From positions 99,826,425 to 99,890,424 of the forward strand of contig NC_068983.1 of assembly GCF_001194135.2 (NCBI RefSeq): a DNA stretch of 64,000 nt, given 5' to 3'. The stretch comes from Octopus bimaculoides. Its lineage: Eukaryota. The notes beneath the pieces were generated by a model. The model did not search any database. It worked only from the letters and a program-made list of their open reading frames with translations, and was not told where the DNA came from. The translations under genes were made by a program, and so were the position numbers. Of the stretch, positions 61,551 to 64,000 are shown one piece after another. Position 1 is the stretch's first letter. The number at the start of each line of letters is the position of its first letter.

Positions 61551-62214
61551 GTATAATCAATCACACTTTTTTGGTAAGAATCCTTTTTAATTTCTGTGAA
61601 ATAACTGCTTCACTTTCGTATTTTTTTTAGATAGAAATTTATATATTAGAACAATGACAAACTCACTGTAATGCTTCATAAAATCCCAGGTTTGAACCTC
61701 TCAGCTTCACACATGTGTGCACACACACACACACACACACATACAGATGAAAGATCATTCTGCAAACAGAAACACTTGTTCTGGTTGTAGTTCACTTCTA
61801 TATGAAGTGATTAGTTTGTCAGAAGTCTTTCACTACAGATTTTTAGTCTTTTCAATGGGTCTTTAAACTCATTGAAATGTATCTTGTGAAACAGATACAA
61901 CACTTGTACACATACATACATACATACACACATACACACATACGCATACATATATGCATACTTGCATACGCACACACACACATATATATATTCAAATATC
62001 TCCATGCATTGTTTATTGTGTTTTGTTTTTTCCCAGCCAGCATTGTGCCAAGAGATGGCACAGATTGTATCAATAGGTAGTCATATATTGTTTAGAATAT
62101 CAATATATGTTAAGCAATATATATTTATGCACAACAATGCACCACCACCACTGCTGTTATTGTTGTTACTGTCACTGCTGCCTCCTGCATCAGCATCATC
62201 ACCTCCATCATCAT

Positions 62215-62620
62215 CATCGTCATTATTATTATTATTTGCTGTCCCTGTTCCATGCTGGCATGGATTAGATAGTTTGACTAGGGTCTAATGAGTTGCAGGA
62301 CTGCATCATGCTTTAGTGTCTGCTCTAGCATGCTTTTTATGGCTGGATGCTCTTCTTAATGCCAATCAATTTACAGTGTGTACTGGCTGCTATTTTCATG
62401 CCTTTGGCACTATTTAGGTCACCATATAGCTTGCAAGTAAACAAACCCAGAGAAGGAGAGTGCTACATCCATATGTTAGAGGGAGTAAGGTTAAGGTACA
62501 AGGGCAGAAGTTGGGGTAGAGCAGGTTCTTGTTGTTGTGGAACTACATGGCTACTCACATTTAGGAGAGAGAGTGAGAATGAATTTGAAGTATCTCCAAG
62601 AAGATTGACAATGGTGATGA
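62215..62620 (-). mobile_element. Repeat family F with an RTE-like tail
   Basis: Homologous to 54865-55190. Confidence 0.5.
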
Positions 62621-63329
62621 GGTGTCCAGTTGGCACCAAAATTAGGAGCAGTAATGGGTGGTGGGTGTTGTGGGGGTTTGGTTTGCAAGAATGTATGGAG
62701 GAAGAGATAGGGGGAAATGGGAGAGGAAGGTAGGCTACATCTGCAGAGACTGGGCATTGGTTGCACCAGTTGGGGAGGCTAAACACATCCCTTCTATGCT
62801 TTTAATGTATAGAAATAAAGAGCAGGAAATACTCTTGATGGACTGTTTCCCATTTTGCTGACAGCTCCTCAGAGATGACATATTTGATTTTCTTTCCCAA
62901 TCAATAGCATAGAATATTCACTGCAATATGAAGCAATCAGAAATTAATCTGTTACCATAGTGGATAGCTTAATTTGCATATTTATGCTTTTTCTGATTTA
63001 TAATGAAGTAAAATCATATTTTATGCACAACACTGCATAAATCAGAAGGACTTAAATGAATTTAAATATTAGAAATTTTTAACTGTGAAAAAATTATAAG
63101 CATGTAAACACACTCCTTCTATACTTTCAATGTATGTCGAAAATAGACTTGAATAGACTTCTGATGGACCATTTCAAAGTTTATTGACTATTTCTCAGAT
63201 TACATACTCAATTTCTTTCCCCAAATTAGACTATAGGACATTTAATATATCCATGAGGGGAAGTAAAAACTTATCCACGCTTTTGCCATAACATATCTTT
63301 ATTATTGTCACACTGCCTTCTGCGCATGC

Positions 63330-64000
63330 ATGCTTATAGTTAGTACTATTGTGGTCATGTGATCAAAGTTTGAGCCTGATCATGCCATTTTTCTTTCTGG
63401 CTTTACAGTGTAGCAATGTGCACCAAAGAAGAACAAAGATTATTGATCCGAGAGATGGTAATGGTGAACTATTCACCATTACTATCTCTCGATCTTGCTG
63501 AATCTTCATGTCAGTGGACCAATTCTGTAGGTTTTTACTCCACTCTAAACACTTTGCAATGTTTGTTTTTGAAAGTAGTGATTTTCTGATTGCAACCCTC
63601 CCATGAAATCTGGCTTTGTGCAGCTCTCAGCTAACAATTTTTGTGGAAACTGGGTTCTCAAGGTGATCATTAAGCTCTGCAGTAATTTTGGGAGCTGTAC
63701 TTTTGTGATCCTTTCTAACAACTTGCATAAGAGTCCAACAGTCCCTATCTGAAAGTTTTGGTTTTCTTCTAGAGTTTTGTTTTGACGAGGTTTTTCCCTC
63801 TTTCTCAAAGGCTGTCATTACTTTCGAGATAGTACTTCTTGATACACCAAACATTTTGGCTGTTTTTGTTACGCTAGTGCCTGCCATACGAGCACCAACA
63901 ATTTGACCTCTTTGAAAGTCTGATAGATCTGTCATTTTAATGAATTTTAATTACCTTTTTCTGATGATATCTGAAAAGAAACAGCAAATTTAGCAAAACA
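63330..64000 (-). mobile_element. Tc1-family transposase N-terminal remnant
   Basis: DLSDFQRGQIVGARMAGTSVTKTAKMFGVSRSTISKV...RKPKLSDRD...TAPKITAELN. Confidence 0.85.

Overview
AT-rich, microsatellite-dense animal genomic DNA from a gapped scaffold, with about 17 N-runs. The repeat set (tRNA-derived SINEs, RTE LINEs with (ATG)n tails, mariner/Tc1) suggests a coleoid cephalopod such as Octopus; this is inference. One protein gene is certain: an intact, intronless casein kinase I alpha (10007-10978 +), with ETS-, NRF1- and YY1-like motifs upstream and a short (TTAGGG)n tract about 1 kb upstream. Hand-traced, phase-compatible small exons at 13.7-17.6 kb and 55.7-56.8 kb suggest a second multi-exon + strand gene whose product I cannot recognise. 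The rest is transposon debris: RTE, CR1-like, CRE-like and HERO-like non-LTR fragments, a Penelope-like RT/GIY-YIG relic, a Gypsy integrase with 3' LTR, Tc1, mariner and hAT fragments, and several MITEs. The most unusual structure is a ~570-bp spacerless palindrome (37272-37840) flanked by a 12-bp direct repeat. Each arm has a tRNA-like Pol III head at the centre and a degenerate hammerhead-ribozyme-like motif; a second copy (53044-53344) shows the same fold-back.
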